A stretch of DNA of 46,461 bases. Origin: a bacterium. GTDB taxonomy: Bacteria > Zhuqueibacterota > Zhuqueibacteria > Zhuqueibacterales > Zhuqueibacteraceae. The stretch spans positions 1 to 46,461 of the forward strand of contig JBIOXB010000222.1 of NCBI GenBank assembly GCA_044869275.1, read 5' to 3'. Under the pieces are notes generated by a model. The model ran no database searches. It was given only the letters and a program-made list of their open reading frames with translations, and had not been told where the DNA came from. How positions within the stretch are numbered: the first letter of the stretch is position 1; each line of letters starts with the position of its first letter. The position numbers and the translations under genes are program-made. Below, one piece after another: positions 18,751 through 28,951 of the stretch.

Positions 18751-19125
18751 ATGCCCAAGCGCATGAAGTCCTATGAAATGGTTTTGGACCGCTTCAAAGA
18801 GAAATATCTCACTTTTTATCAAGAGCTCTACGACGACAAGCACAGCGTCCTGGATCTCAAAACGAAAGAGCTGATCGCCATCGCCACCTCTTTGGCCGCG
18901 GGATGTCACGGCTGTTTCAAAGGACACGTGATCAAAGCGGCGCGCCATGGCGCCACCCGCGAGGAGGTCGGTGAAACCATCGCCGTCGCCATTGCGATCA
19001 ACGCCGCCGCGATCGTCGATCGCACCGACATCGCCAATTTCGATTTCGATTTGGTGAAACGGCTGTGGGAGGACGGCGAAGGGTTCAGCGAAGAAGAAGA
19101 GCACAACGCGGCCGATCCGCGCTGA
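18751..19125 (+). CDS. Carboxymuconolactone decarboxylase / AhpD-like protein
   Basis: LDLKTKELIAIA..AAGCHGCFKGH..HGATREEV with a CxxC. AGGAG RBS. Confidence 0.88.
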   Translation: MPKRMKSYEMVLDRFKEKYLTFYQELYDDKHSVLDLKTKELIAIATSLAAGCHGCFKGHVIKAARHGATREEVGETIAVAIAINAAAIVDRTDIANFDFDLVKRLWEDGEGFSEEEEHNAADPR

Positions 19126-19140
19126 GGCCGCGTCGCGGCT

Positions 19141-20625
19141 TCATTGCGCCATCCCGGGCACATTGCTCTGGAAAGTTATGAGACTCTGCCAATCCGCGTT
19201 GTGCAATTCGTTGCGATGCGTGGAATGGACGAGCTCATAGTTTTTGAATCCCGTGCGATCCACGAACACAAAAATTACCCCGCCTTGGATGTCGTCGTAT
19301 CTCCAAGTCTCATAGGGCTTGGTGTTGGAATTGCTGGGCACGCGCTCGATATTCGAAGGCGGTCCATACAAAATGAAGACGCGGCCCCGATCGCTTTTCC
19401 AGCCCGGCCGCAACACGGTGAGGAAGCGCGCGTCTGCCTCCCGCGCGCGCGTCAGATAAACCATTCTGAAGGTCACACCGTTTGGATATTCCTCCGTTTT
19501 GTGGACTTCCCATAGTGAGGCGATGAGCTTTTTCTTGGCGTCGGCACTCGTCAAGCCTTCGAACATCTTTTTTTCGTCCCGCAGCACAATATGCTGCATG
19601 CGCGCAAACTCGTCATCCAACTCGCCTTCGCTGGCACTCGCCAGCATTTGCTCCACGGGCCCGGCGGCTGAGCTGCCGGCGATCTGTGCCGAGTTGTAGA
19701 CGTAAAATTTTTTGCGGCGGCTGACTTGCAAATTTTGAGCGGAATCCGCAATGCCGTAAACGAGAGTATAAACACCGGCGGGCAACGTGGCAACGTTGAC
19801 ACTGCCGAGCTCGACGCTAAAGTCATGCACCTTCTTCTTGGTGCGATAAGGCTGACCCAGGCCCTCGACCAAGCCGCCGTTTTCATTCTCCACGCGACAA
19901 TAGGACTTGTAGCTACCGCTTTTGAGGCCGCCTTTCAGGTTATACGCTTCGAAATAATAAAAGAGCGTGGGCACGGGATCGCCGTAAATTTGCCTCGGGT
20001 TTGGAGAAATCTCATATGCGCTTTGTGGCGCCACATCCGGATTTTGCGCCGAGGCTTTCTTGATCTCCGAGGCCAGAATGACATCACTCACTTCCACGTT
20101 GTTCTCTGCGAATTTACGCGTTTGCAACTCCGCCTCGGCGCTGTCCACCACATCATTAGGCGAAAATTGATGGGTATACAACACCGCGCGATACCGCCCC
20201 GGCTCCGAAAGCAAATAGCGCATTCGATCAACCAACTCCCGGCGCGAATTCGCGGGCGCGCTTGCTGATTTTTTTTCTTCCAATTTCCACGCCTTCGCGG
20301 CCCATAACGAATCATCGCGGTAAATGCGCAGGTCCAGCAACAGCTCTGCTGCCGGAGACGAAATGTTCGCAGCGGCTGCAACTTTTGCGCGAGGCAGAGG
20401 CACGGCGTAACTGAGGTCGAGAAAACTGACGTGCCTGGCGTCTTGAAATTGCGCCAAGTCCAAACTGGGCTGCAAGCGCTCTGGCGTCGGCACGCGCGCC
20501 ACGGCCGCCTGAGGGGTCGTGGTTTGAGCGCCGGCCGCATGCGCCGCCACCAAGGCGAACAGGGCTGCACCGCCGAATTTGCGCGCCCATGTTCCCGGTA
20601 TCCTAAAGGTCGTTGCCATCTTCAT
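19141..20625 (-). CDS. GWxTD domain-containing secreted protein
   Basis: Signal peptide ending AGA-Q, motif PGWKSDRGRVFILYGPP and PYETWRY. Exact start uncertain. Confidence 0.85.
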   Translation of the reverse strand: MKMATTFRIPGTWARKFGGAALFALVAAHAAGAQTTTPQAAVARVPTPERLQPSLDLAQFQDARHVSFLDLSYAVPLPRAKVAAAANISSPAAELLLDLRIYRDDSLWAAKAWKLEEKKSASAPANSRRELVDRMRYLLSEPGRYRAVLYTHQFSPNDVVDSAEAELQTRKFAENNVEVSDVILASEIKKASAQNPDVAPQSAYEISPNPRQIYGDPVPTLFYYFEAYNLKGGLKSGSYKSYCRVENENGGLVEGLGQPYRTKKKVHDFSVELGSVNVATLPAGVYTLVYGIADSAQNLQVSRRKKFYVYNSAQIAGSSAAGPVEQMLASASEGELDDEFARMQHIVLRDEKKMFEGLTSADAKKKLIASLWEVHKTEEYPNGVTFRMVYLTRAREADARFLTVLRPGWKSDRGRVFILYGPPSNIERVPSNSNTKPYETWRYDDIQGGVIFVFVDRTGFKNYELVHSTHRNELHNADWQSLITFQSNVPGMAQ

Positions 20626-20685
20626 TCTCAACGGAAATCGTCGCCGGTCATCCTGTTAAAAGGCGAGAAGGCATCGCAAATCACC

Positions 20686-20946
20686 AAATTTCTCAATTAG
20701 CCATTCCGGCACAAAAGGTAATTGATTGACGATTAGAGATTATCGATTTGCGAAGAATTTGTCAACACATTAAATCGCTAATCGCATTTCGAAAATCTTC
20801 TCAATCATCCATTCTGGCAAGAGAGGCAATGATTTGCGATTGACGATTAGCGATTACCGATTTACGAGGTGTTTGTTAGCACAGTGAAGCGCTGATCGTC
20901 AATCGCTAATCGCAGTTCGCAAATCTTCTCGATCATCCGTTCCGGT
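20686..20946. repeat. Tandemly duplicated ~107-128 bp units built from inverted heptamer arrays
   Basis: Motif AAATYTTCTCRATYAKCCRTTCYGG at 20686, 20793 and 20921. The intervening segments are similar (GATTGACGATTAG..AATCGCTAATCGCA). Confidence 0.75.
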
Positions 20947-20964
20947 CCGAGGTTTTCGGACCGG
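20942..20964 (-). terminator. GC-rich stem-loop downstream of the PorV-like gene
   Basis: CCGGTCCGA-ggttt-TCGGACCGG, perfect 9-bp stem with no clear U-tract. Confidence 0.45.
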
Positions 20965-20977
20965 CCTCTGAGAAACG

Positions 20978-22042
20978 CTAGAAACCCAGCCTCAGGCTGA
21001 ACACATTCGAGTTGTCGAAGAACTCAACCTGGCGAAAGGCATAATCCAAGCCGACCTCAACCCCGCCCAGCTCGCGTTGCAGACCGGCGCCCAAGCTCGC
21101 ACCGTAAATATAGCGACCCTGCCCGGCGACATCATTGCCGGCGCTAAAAGCTGCGCTGTACCCTCCGCGCAGAAAGAGCGTCTGATTGACAGCAACCTCC
21201 GCCCCGAGGCGCATCGCGTCATCGTCAAAGTTGTTGTCTTGATAAGCCGCGGTGATATTGACCTGGTTACGTTCACCCGCATCGAGCTTGTAGCCCAGAC
21301 CAATCTCGAGGGAAGACGGCAGCTCGTCCTTGCCGGCCACAACCTGGTACGGTGACGGGCCGCGTTCGACATCCTGGGCGTTGGCAGTGCGCAACAGGCC
21401 CGTACCGCCATACTGCATCGAAGGGCCGATGTTCTTCAGCGCCACACCCAGGCTCAAGCCGTTGACCGCCATCAGGTCCCGGTACTGCACACCGAAGTTG
21501 AAGGCATAGCCGGTCGAGCTGACACGATCAATCGTTTCCGAAATGATGTTGAGCGTCACGCCCACGCCCACACGGTCGCTCAAACCACGCGCATAGGTCA
21601 GGCCCGCGGTGATGAACTGCGGCGTGATGATTGCTCCGGTGCCGTCCGGGGCGTCTTCCGTGGTCACGAGAATATCGCCGATATCCAGCGCTTTCACGTT
21701 GAAGCCCAGTGTACCAAAGCCGCCAAACGCCGCGCTGATGGCGAGATAATTCACGTTGATATCGGCGATGTGCGTCATGTGCGAGAACATGGCATTGGCA
21801 TTGCGCGTTGTGTGCACCAGACCGGCCGGATTCCAATATAAAGCTTCCAAACCGCTGGCCGTCGCCACGGAAGCACCGCCCGTGCCGAGATAGCGCGCGC
21901 CCACGGGAATCATGAGCTCGGAAGCCGCATTGGTACCGGAGCGGCGTTCGCCATCCGGCTCAGTGTTCTGGGCGAGCAACGGGCTGCTCAGGGCCAGCAG
22001 CAGGGCCAAGCCCGGCAGCCAGATGCGCATCGTATTTTTCAT
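20978..22042 (-). CDS. PorV/PorQ-family outer-membrane beta-barrel
   Basis: Signal peptide, IPVGARYLGTGGA, ALYWNPAGL, LGVALKNIG, LFLRGGY and a terminal Phe. AAGGAG RBS. Confidence 0.87.
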   Translation of the reverse strand: MKNTMRIWLPGLALLLALSSPLLAQNTEPDGERRSGTNAASELMIPVGARYLGTGGASVATASGLEALYWNPAGLVHTTRNANAMFSHMTHIADINVNYLAISAAFGGFGTLGFNVKALDIGDILVTTEDAPDGTGAIITPQFITAGLTYARGLSDRVGVGVTLNIISETIDRVSSTGYAFNFGVQYRDLMAVNGLSLGVALKNIGPSMQYGGTGLLRTANAQDVERGPSPYQVVAGKDELPSSLEIGLGYKLDAGERNQVNITAAYQDNNFDDDAMRLGAEVAVNQTLFLRGGYSAAFSAGNDVAGQGRYIYGASLGAGLQRELGGVEVGLDYAFRQVEFFDNSNVFSLRLGF

Positions 22043-22097
22043 TGTGACTTCTCCTTGTTATCTGCAAAATCATTCTTCATCATCAGACCACGCTCAC

Positions 22098-22145
22098 AAG
22101 GTGGGATGGCCCACCGAGTTGGGGAAACTCGACAGGCCGATCCCG
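22098..22145 (-). other. Intercistronic stem-loop
   Basis: GGGAT.GGCC..CGAGTT-loop-AACTCG..GGCC.ATCCC. Confidence 0.5.
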
Positions 22146-22184
22146 GAGGAATTAGGAAGGGGATTTCTGATCCATTTTGCAGCG

Positions 22185-25100
22185 TTAGAAGTTGGGCAGT
22201 ACTTGATCTTCACGCACGATCGCCAGCTTAAGAATCTTCACTTCATTCAAATCCGGAAACTGGACGTGCACCACATAGATCCCGCTCGCCGATGGCAAGC
22301 CGCGCTCATTGAGCAAATCCCAATTCGTGAATTGGCTGTCGTCATCCTTGACGATGGTCCGCACCAAAATGCCGGCCAGATTGAAAATGCGAACCGTGGC
22401 TTTGTTGGGCAAATGGCTGATGGTTACGTAACGGTTGAAACGATTGAGCTCGGCGCGGTTGAAGCCAAGATACGGATTCGGGAAAACGTTGACCAGGTTC
22501 AGGTCGGCCTTGGCCGTGGCCATGTCGCTCGTGGGCGCACTTGTGGAAAACGCGAACTCATCCAGCGCGCTATTGGGAATATTGGGGAAGAGATCGAGCT
22601 GATCCTGGCCCGTGCCGTCCGGTGAGAAGGGCACGTTGCCGCGGCGGTTTATGGTGCAGAAATACATCACCGGAATGTCGCTGCCGATAATCTCCACTTC
22701 ATACGCCGGGTTGGGCGTGGCGTCCGAATAATCTGCGTCAAAAATGAAGAGCCACTCGCGCGGGCCGGTACCGGCGGTATTATTGTAGACGTTGTTGTCG
22801 CCAGGGAAGTATTTACCGTCCACCAAGCCGCCGACGACATTGTTCTCCAAGTATCCCAATGCCAACCGGCGTGGCGCATCCGGGTTGGTCATGTCAAATG
22901 CCGCCAACGGGGCACTTTTCAAATAATCTTGAAAAGAATAGCTGGGCGACGGGTTTTTGATGAACGGCGCAAATTCCGGCTTGGCCGGTGGGAGCGCGAA
23001 GTTACGGCCATAGCGATACGCATACGAGACATTCGCGTCGTTGGGATCGAACACACCGTCCGTCGTGGCGGTGGCCAGCACCAATCGCACTTTCTTCAGC
23101 TGCGTGGCCGTGACGATGTATACGCCATCGCCGAAAACGGTGCGTGGCGAGGCCCAACCGATCGCGCCGTTGAAACCTTCGAAACCGTTGCCGTCGGCAT
23201 TGGCCCAGGTAAAGCGGCGCGTGCCTGCCGGAATGTTCCAGCCCCAGGTCTCGGGGTTGTTCGGCATGGAAAAAACATCGTCATGTTTGATGCCGGGCGG
23301 CGGGCCTTGCACCACCACCTGCACACCGTCGGTGATCAGGTAATTGGCGTCGCCGCTCTGGTTGGTCTGATTCTGCAGAAGGGTTTTGTTTGCACTGAGG
23401 TCGAAGAGCGACCACACGGTGTTGCCATCGGCGTCTTCCGCAAAGGTCACCTTGTATTGATGTCCGGTCAGTTTGGAGGGATCGACGACCACCGGGCGGA
23501 CTTCACCGTCGCTGGGCCCGGAATGAGTGGTCGTCGCGACCTCGCCCGTTTGTGCAGAGTAGCGCACACCCGGCTTCGTAGTTTGCGGCACCACCGTCAA
23601 AGTCGTGGGCGCGCTCTCCAAAGTTTTCGTGGTCAATCCTTCCGTGCCGTTGTAGTTGTAAGCGGTCACGGCGAAGAAGAAAGTTTGGCCGTTGACCAAC
23701 GGTTTATCGCGGAAACGATCTTGCGTGATGGTGATTGTGCGCGTCACGCCCGTATTTTTGCCGAATTGCACCGGGAGAGACAGCACTTGTCCGGAGGTTT
23801 GATCGAAAGCCTCTTGCGTGATCGTCGTCACTTCGTCCACGACATCGTAAGTGGCGAGCCGGATACCCTGGGTGATCGCAGCGCCGGCATCGGGCAATTG
23901 ATAGACATTATAACCCTGAAACGCATAGCCCTTGTCAACGACATTCTCGGTGTTGGCAACCGCATCGGGGTTTTCACCCCAGTTCAACAGGATTTGGCCG
24001 TCGAATTCACTGGCGGTGACCACGGGCGGGGCCGGCGCTTTCGGCAGCTCAAACAAATTGTCAAAGGCTTCTTGCGCGAAGCGATCCGTGAACTTCAACA
24101 CCGAAACGCTCGACAAGCGGTCGGAGCCTAACCCCGCCATTACAGCGACCACGACTTCTTGCGTATCGCCCAATGCCATGGTGAAGGGGCCGGAGGCCAG
24201 CAAAACGCGGCGGTCACCGGGGTTGGCGTCATTCCAACCGCTGGCAATGACGGGATCACCAGGAACCCTGAACTTGGTAACCGCGTCGCCGTTGGTGGGA
24301 TCTGTCCACGGCTGCGCCGGGTTTTCCGGGCGCGGACGGTAGCCGCGTAACAGATTCCACCATTGCAGCGTACCGTTATAGTCGCCCCCACGCGTCGGGT
24401 CGCTATCGAGACCTCCCGCGGCAAAAAACGCGAAGGTGGTCATGGGCAGGTTGCGATAGCCCGGCCGCTTCTTCAAGCCAAAAATAGCTTCACTGTTAGG
24501 ATCGGGCACGAGCGGTCCGGCGAAAAAGTCATAGCCGGAAGCAGGGGGAGGCAGACCGACTTGAGCATAATTTCCGTCCGTGGACACGGAATTGTAGACA
24601 TAGCCCAGGCTCAACGTGGTATCGCAACCTGCAAAGTCGTCGCCGGCCTGGCCCAGATCGATGTCGGACCATTGGCAGAAGTACATGCTGTCAACCGTTG
24701 CGATTGCGGGCGTTGTGGCTGTGCCTTTGTAGATCAAACGGAACTGCTTGAAGATGATGTTACCCAGGGGATCGGAACGGCGATACCCCCACATCGTCAA
24801 TTGCATTTCCAGGCCGATGGAGGGGGAGCCGTACAAGGTTTGAACCGCGCTGGCGGATAGGTCATTGCCAATCAACCACACCACTTGATCGGCGCCGGCG
24901 ACACCAGGCTCATCCGCATCCGGAAACAGCTTGGGACTGCCGTCCGCATTGAATTGCGCCGTGTACTGGCCATCGCCATCGGCGTCGTAAAACGGCGCGC
25001 CTTTGTACGCCGGCCAGTCGCGCCAATCATCGGCATATTGTGCGCGAATGGCTGCAACTTGGGCGTCGGTGACCTGCGAGGTGGTGGTGAGATTGTTTTC

Positions 25101-25571
25101 CGCGGCGTCGAGCTTGAGATCCGCTGTGGCATAATCGCGGCGGATGCGCCATACGCGATCCACGCTGAGACGGTCGTTCAAATCCTCGGCCACTCCTTTG
25201 GAAATAATCGCGCCGGGAACGGTGCCTTCGCTGTAAGTCTGGCCGCCCACTCGGACCAACGGATCACCACCGTCATTCACCCGGCCACCCCACACCAGGC
25301 CGTCTTCGAAGACAGCCGTGGCAATGAGGTTGCCGCGCGGAAAATAAAAACCAGAGTTTCCGTCCGGTTGAATGGCGGAGCGGCCGTTGGCGTAGATCCA
25401 GGAGGCGACTTGGCCGATGTTCACGAGGGTTTGATTGACCGAGTTTTGGTTGGTCTTTGCAAGACCAACGGGCCTACGCCCGGTCTTCCCTCCGACCTCC
25501 GCCGCTCGCGTACTCGCGCCTTGCCACGAGACGATGGCCGTCAAAAGGGCAATCATGAAAACTCTCTTCAT
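22185..25571 (-). CDS. Large secreted surface protein with an Fn3-like region and T9SS-type C-terminal sorting domain
   Basis: Signal peptide and FFFAVTAY. CTD-like tail NLVNVFPNPY..VRIFNLAGILVRTI..WDLLNERG..SGIYVVHV. Confidence 0.85.
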   Translation of the reverse strand: MKRVFMIALLTAIVSWQGASTRAAEVGGKTGRRPVGLAKTNQNSVNQTLVNIGQVASWIYANGRSAIQPDGNSGFYFPRGNLIATAVFEDGLVWGGRVNDGGDPLVRVGGQTYSEGTVPGAIISKGVAEDLNDRLSVDRVWRIRRDYATADLKLDAAENNLTTTSQVTDAQVAAIRAQYADDWRDWPAYKGAPFYDADGDGQYTAQFNADGSPKLFPDADEPGVAGADQVVWLIGNDLSASAVQTLYGSPSIGLEMQLTMWGYRRSDPLGNIIFKQFRLIYKGTATTPAIATVDSMYFCQWSDIDLGQAGDDFAGCDTTLSLGYVYNSVSTDGNYAQVGLPPPASGYDFFAGPLVPDPNSEAIFGLKKRPGYRNLPMTTFAFFAAGGLDSDPTRGGDYNGTLQWWNLLRGYRPRPENPAQPWTDPTNGDAVTKFRVPGDPVIASGWNDANPGDRRVLLASGPFTMALGDTQEVVVAVMAGLGSDRLSSVSVLKFTDRFAQEAFDNLFELPKAPAPPVVTASEFDGQILLNWGENPDAVANTENVVDKGYAFQGYNVYQLPDAGAAITQGIRLATYDVVDEVTTITQEAFDQTSGQVLSLPVQFGKNTGVTRTITITQDRFRDKPLVNGQTFFFAVTAYNYNGTEGLTTKTLESAPTTLTVVPQTTKPGVRYSAQTGEVATTTHSGPSDGEVRPVVVDPSKLTGHQYKVTFAEDADGNTVWSLFDLSANKTLLQNQTNQSGDANYLITDGVQVVVQGPPPGIKHDDVFSMPNNPETWGWNIPAGTRRFTWANADGNGFEGFNGAIGWASPRTVFGDGVYIVTATQLKKVRLVLATATTDGVFDPNDANVSYAYRYGRNFALPPAKPEFAPFIKNPSPSYSFQDYLKSAPLAAFDMTNPDAPRRLALGYLENNVVGGLVDGKYFPGDNNVYNNTAGTGPREWLFIFDADYSDATPNPAYEVEIIGSDIPVMYFCTINRRGNVPFSPDGTGQDQLDLFPNIPNSALDEFAFSTSAPTSDMATAKADLNLVNVFPNPYLGFNRAELNRFNRYVTISHLPNKATVRIFNLAGILVRTIVKDDDSQFTNWDLLNERGLPSASGIYVVHVQFPDLNEVKILKLAIVREDQVLPNF

Positions 25572-25675
25572 TCTCTATTCCTCCGTGATTCTCAGCATCT
25601 TCATTTCATTTGATCTGGCAGAGACGACTCGCGCCTGATCCGGCGCTGAATCGTCGCCGCAAGATCTTTGCAAAA

Positions 25676-25720
25676 GAGAGGGGAAAACGAATACCGAATA
25701 TTCGGCACCGCTCCCCTCTC
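25676..25720 (-). terminator. Stem-loop plus short U-tract after the TonB receptor (attenuating terminator or mRNA stabiliser)
   Basis: GAGAGGGGA...TCCCCTCTC followed by TTTT on the minus strand. Confidence 0.5.
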
Positions 25721-25747
25721 TGGTCACGAGAAGGAGCTCAGTATAGT

Positions 25748-28700
25748 TTAGAACTCAACCTGCGCGCCGAAGCGAATCTGGCGCGGCACGCCAAGCAATT
25801 GCAAGCCTAAGACAGTCGACTCGCCTTGCGCGTAGTTGTCGCCGTTGCCATTCAGATTGACGGCGTCGTGCAATGCAATGAATGCCGGGCCGCCATTGGC
25901 CGCCACGATCGGGCCGCTCAAATCCGAATCGCTCAAGAAGCCGTCATCAAACGCATTGCCCGAACGGCGATAGACGTTGACGACGTTTTTGCGATTCGTC
26001 AGGTTTTGTACGTACATGTAAACGTTAAACGCGAGGCCGCGCAGGTCCATCGTCTTGTCCAGGCGCAGATTGATGTCATAATTCCACGGCGTGAGCGAAG
26101 CATTCACCGGCTCCAACGGATGGCGCGAGCGCGGATCCGTAATTTGGCCGGCCAGGTTCGGCTGTTGTTGTCCGAATTCGCCGGCGGAACGTGTATAAGG
26201 ATGGCCGCTGCTGAAATTCATCAAAAGATTTAAACCGAGCTGTTGCAAAATCGGGCCACCATCGCCTTTGGCAAAACGATAGTCAAAGCTCACCGAGCCG
26301 CGTTGCGGACGATTGTAATCCAACGGGGAAATAATGCTCGGGACTTGCGTCACCTGTTCGACGCCTGCCACCGAGCTGTTCGATGCAGACCCCGTGCCCA
26401 GGGAACGCGAGAAGGTGTAATTCAACTGGGCGGCCGCCCGTTTGGTGCGACGCAACGTGAGCGACAATTCCACGCCCGCCGTGGTGGCGAAATCGCCGTT
26501 GACCAAAACATTGTAATCCGATGAGGGTGATTGCGGATCCGCGCGCACGCGGGAGATTTGAATTTGATCCTGGATGTTCTTGTAGTAGGCGGTGACGTCA
26601 AATGCCGCCGCGTCGCTAAATTGCTGGCTGAAGCCGATCTCGTATTGCGTCGTCTTTTCAGGATCCAAACCCAAACCGACCACGTTCGTCTGGAAAGAGG
26701 TTCCACCGGTGAATATCGCAGAATACCAGGAGGAGCCGTTGTAAATATCGGTCAGGCGTGGCGGCTGCACAAACTTGCCATACTGCAGGTGGAAGACGGT
26801 GCGATCGGTCACCGGGAAGGCCAGGCCCAGGCGCGGACTGACTTCCACGACGGCGTCTTTTTTGACCAACTGATCGTTGAAGAGGCCCTGATTGACGCGA
26901 TCCCAGGGTGGATTGGAGGGATCTTTGAAAATGAAATCGTCATTGTTCATCACGTCCACGCGCAAGCCGGCGTTGATCACCACATCTTTCGCCTCGAATT
27001 TATCTTGCCCGTAGAAAGACCAGTATTGCGGATGGCGCGGGCCGTCCGGTCCATCGACATTGATTTCATTGCCGAACACGTCATAGCCGTACGTGAGCGC
27101 CTGCGAAAGGCCTGAAAGCGTGCGGAAGGAGCCCACGGCCTCCGGATCTCCGGCCAAAGCAGCACGAAAGATGTCCGGATTCTGCCACGCGGCTTGCAAC
27201 TCACTGCGTGCCCAGGCGGAGGCGTCGCTCGCGAAGCTGCGCGCGGTCCAGCGTTCAAACGAGCCGCCGAACTTGATTTCATGATTGCGGTACTGCGTAT
27301 TGAACGCGGCCGAACCGCCAATGTAGTTGCGTTTATTTTTGGTATAGCCGTTCGGCGTGCCCGGTGCAGTGAAATCAAAGCCGTAAAGATTCATAGGTTG
27401 CGAGCCGCCGCGCCAGGGCGCCAAGCCGGAATAACTGTAGAATTGCACGCCCTGTTGGGCGTTGGCGATACTGTCCCAATAGGCCCAGAAGTTGTCTTTG
27501 AAAATGGGATCGTACCGCGCCTCCCGCCGGTCAAAATAGTTAACGTTGACTTCGTAAAAAGACTTCGCGCTCAGCAGGTGGGTAATCTTTAGATTAGCCA
27601 AGCCCGTGCTCAAATCTTCGAGCTGGTTGCGGTCGAGATCGAACAGGCGGGAGGAAACGCTGCCGAGAGGATTCCCTAAAGAAGCGATGTCATCCTGGCG
27701 CCGCCACGTAATGGCGCCGCCCACGCGGATGATGAACGGCTTGGCGTCAAAGACCAACGTGCCGTTGCCAATCCATTGCTCCCGGCTGGCGGCGGGAATG
27801 GCGTTTTCATCCATCTTGAGGCCTTTTTGTTGAATCCAGGCCTCCATCGCGGGATCGCGGTCTTTAGACAGCACCAAAGGCAGGTGGCTGTCATCGACGT
27901 AGGTGTCGGCATGCTGGATGTTGAACCCGTTCCAGAAGCGCGCGGCCCGGTCGCGCTGAAACGTGTTTTGCGCGGCCACGAAAAATTTCAGCTTGTTGTT
28001 GAGCAGAGGCCCGCTAAACGTCGCGGTGTAATCGGTATAGCCGTAGGAATGCGCTCCCAAGAATGTTTGGCCACGGTCCGCAAAGTTGTCGGTTTCGGCC
28101 TGCAGGCTGAAGTGATATTGGCTGCCGCCGCTTTTTAAGGTCTGGCGCACGATGCCGGCGTTCGAGCCGCCGAATTCGGCGTTATACCCGCCCGCCTGCA
28201 GTTGGAATTCTTCCAAGGCCTCCGGGATGACGGTGACGACGTTGTTGCCATCGTCCGCGTCGCGCGTACTGGCGCCTTCGAGGTAAAAACCCACTTCATC
28301 ATTGCGGCCGCCGCGCACGTAGAGGGCGCCGTTTTGCACGACCACGCCCGGCTGCAGAGCAATCACCGCGTTCACGGAACGCACGGGAATGTTCTTGAAA
28401 TCTTCATAGCTTTGAATGCGCGTGGCGTTGGTCGCGTTCTTATTCACCAGCGGCCGTTCCGCCACAATGACCACCTCACCCACTTCCAAAGCCTCGGAAG
28501 GCAGGCTGAAGTTCACTTCGGTGGTCAAATCGGAATTCACGCGGATATTTTCAATCGAGACTTCACGATAGCCAATGTACTGCGCTTTGACCGTGTACAC
28601 GCCCGCGGGCACGTTTAGCAGCACGAACTCCCCGTTGACATTGCTGGCAGCGCCGATACTCGTTCCCGCGATCAGCACGTTCGCGCCCGGCAGGGCCTCG

Positions 28701-28810
28701 TTCGTTTCGCGATCGACCACTTTGCCTTTGATCTTTCCGGTCGTCCCGGCAAAAACCAATACCGGCAAAAGCAAAACGGCCATCCAAACCAGATTCTTTC
28801 GTTTGCTCAT
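25748..28810 (-). CDS. TonB-dependent receptor with an N-terminal carboxypeptidase-regulatory-like domain
   Basis: AGTTGKIKGKVVD..LPGANV, plug YVRGGR..AGGYNAEFG, VSPRLG, LDPEKTTQYEIG and C-terminal PRQIRFGAQVEF. AAGGAGG RBS. Confidence 0.93.
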   Translation of the reverse strand: MSKRKNLVWMAVLLLPVLVFAGTTGKIKGKVVDRETNEALPGANVLIAGTSIGAASNVNGEFVLLNVPAGVYTVKAQYIGYREVSIENIRVNSDLTTEVNFSLPSEALEVGEVVIVAERPLVNKNATNATRIQSYEDFKNIPVRSVNAVIALQPGVVVQNGALYVRGGRNDEVGFYLEGASTRDADDGNNVVTVIPEALEEFQLQAGGYNAEFGGSNAGIVRQTLKSGGSQYHFSLQAETDNFADRGQTFLGAHSYGYTDYTATFSGPLLNNKLKFFVAAQNTFQRDRAARFWNGFNIQHADTYVDDSHLPLVLSKDRDPAMEAWIQQKGLKMDENAIPAASREQWIGNGTLVFDAKPFIIRVGGAITWRRQDDIASLGNPLGSVSSRLFDLDRNQLEDLSTGLANLKITHLLSAKSFYEVNVNYFDRREARYDPIFKDNFWAYWDSIANAQQGVQFYSYSGLAPWRGGSQPMNLYGFDFTAPGTPNGYTKNKRNYIGGSAAFNTQYRNHEIKFGGSFERWTARSFASDASAWARSELQAAWQNPDIFRAALAGDPEAVGSFRTLSGLSQALTYGYDVFGNEINVDGPDGPRHPQYWSFYGQDKFEAKDVVINAGLRVDVMNNDDFIFKDPSNPPWDRVNQGLFNDQLVKKDAVVEVSPRLGLAFPVTDRTVFHLQYGKFVQPPRLTDIYNGSSWYSAIFTGGTSFQTNVVGLGLDPEKTTQYEIGFSQQFSDAAAFDVTAYYKNIQDQIQISRVRADPQSPSSDYNVLVNGDFATTAGVELSLTLRRTKRAAAQLNYTFSRSLGTGSASNSSVAGVEQVTQVPSIISPLDYNRPQRGSVSFDYRFAKGDGGPILQQLGLNLLMNFSSGHPYTRSAGEFGQQQPNLAGQITDPRSRHPLEPVNASLTPWNYDINLRLDKTMDLRGLAFNVYMYVQNLTNRKNVVNVYRRSGNAFDDGFLSDSDLSGPIVAANGGPAFIALHDAVNLNGNGDNYAQGESTVLGLQLLGVPRQIRFGAQVEF

Positions 28811-28951
28811 TTTGCCTCCTTAGAGTGTTCAAGACAAAAATGATGTAAAAAACACAGAAACTCGTTGATTGCAACAGGAGCATGGCCGCCCGATGATCAC
28901 CCTCGCCTCCAGCTGGTCGTTTCGAGCCTGTGACACCGGCCAGCAGCGCCA

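Noticed and set aside
20686..20946. Possible CRISPR array (three ~26-nt repeats)
   Set aside because: Repeats are degenerate, the intervals are long, unequal and similar to each other, and no cas genes are present.
22929..24131. Long antisense ORFs (also 5061-6257, 43587-44876, 44966-46363 and others)
   Set aside because: They are shadows of well-supported genes on the opposite strand, as expected in GC-rich DNA.
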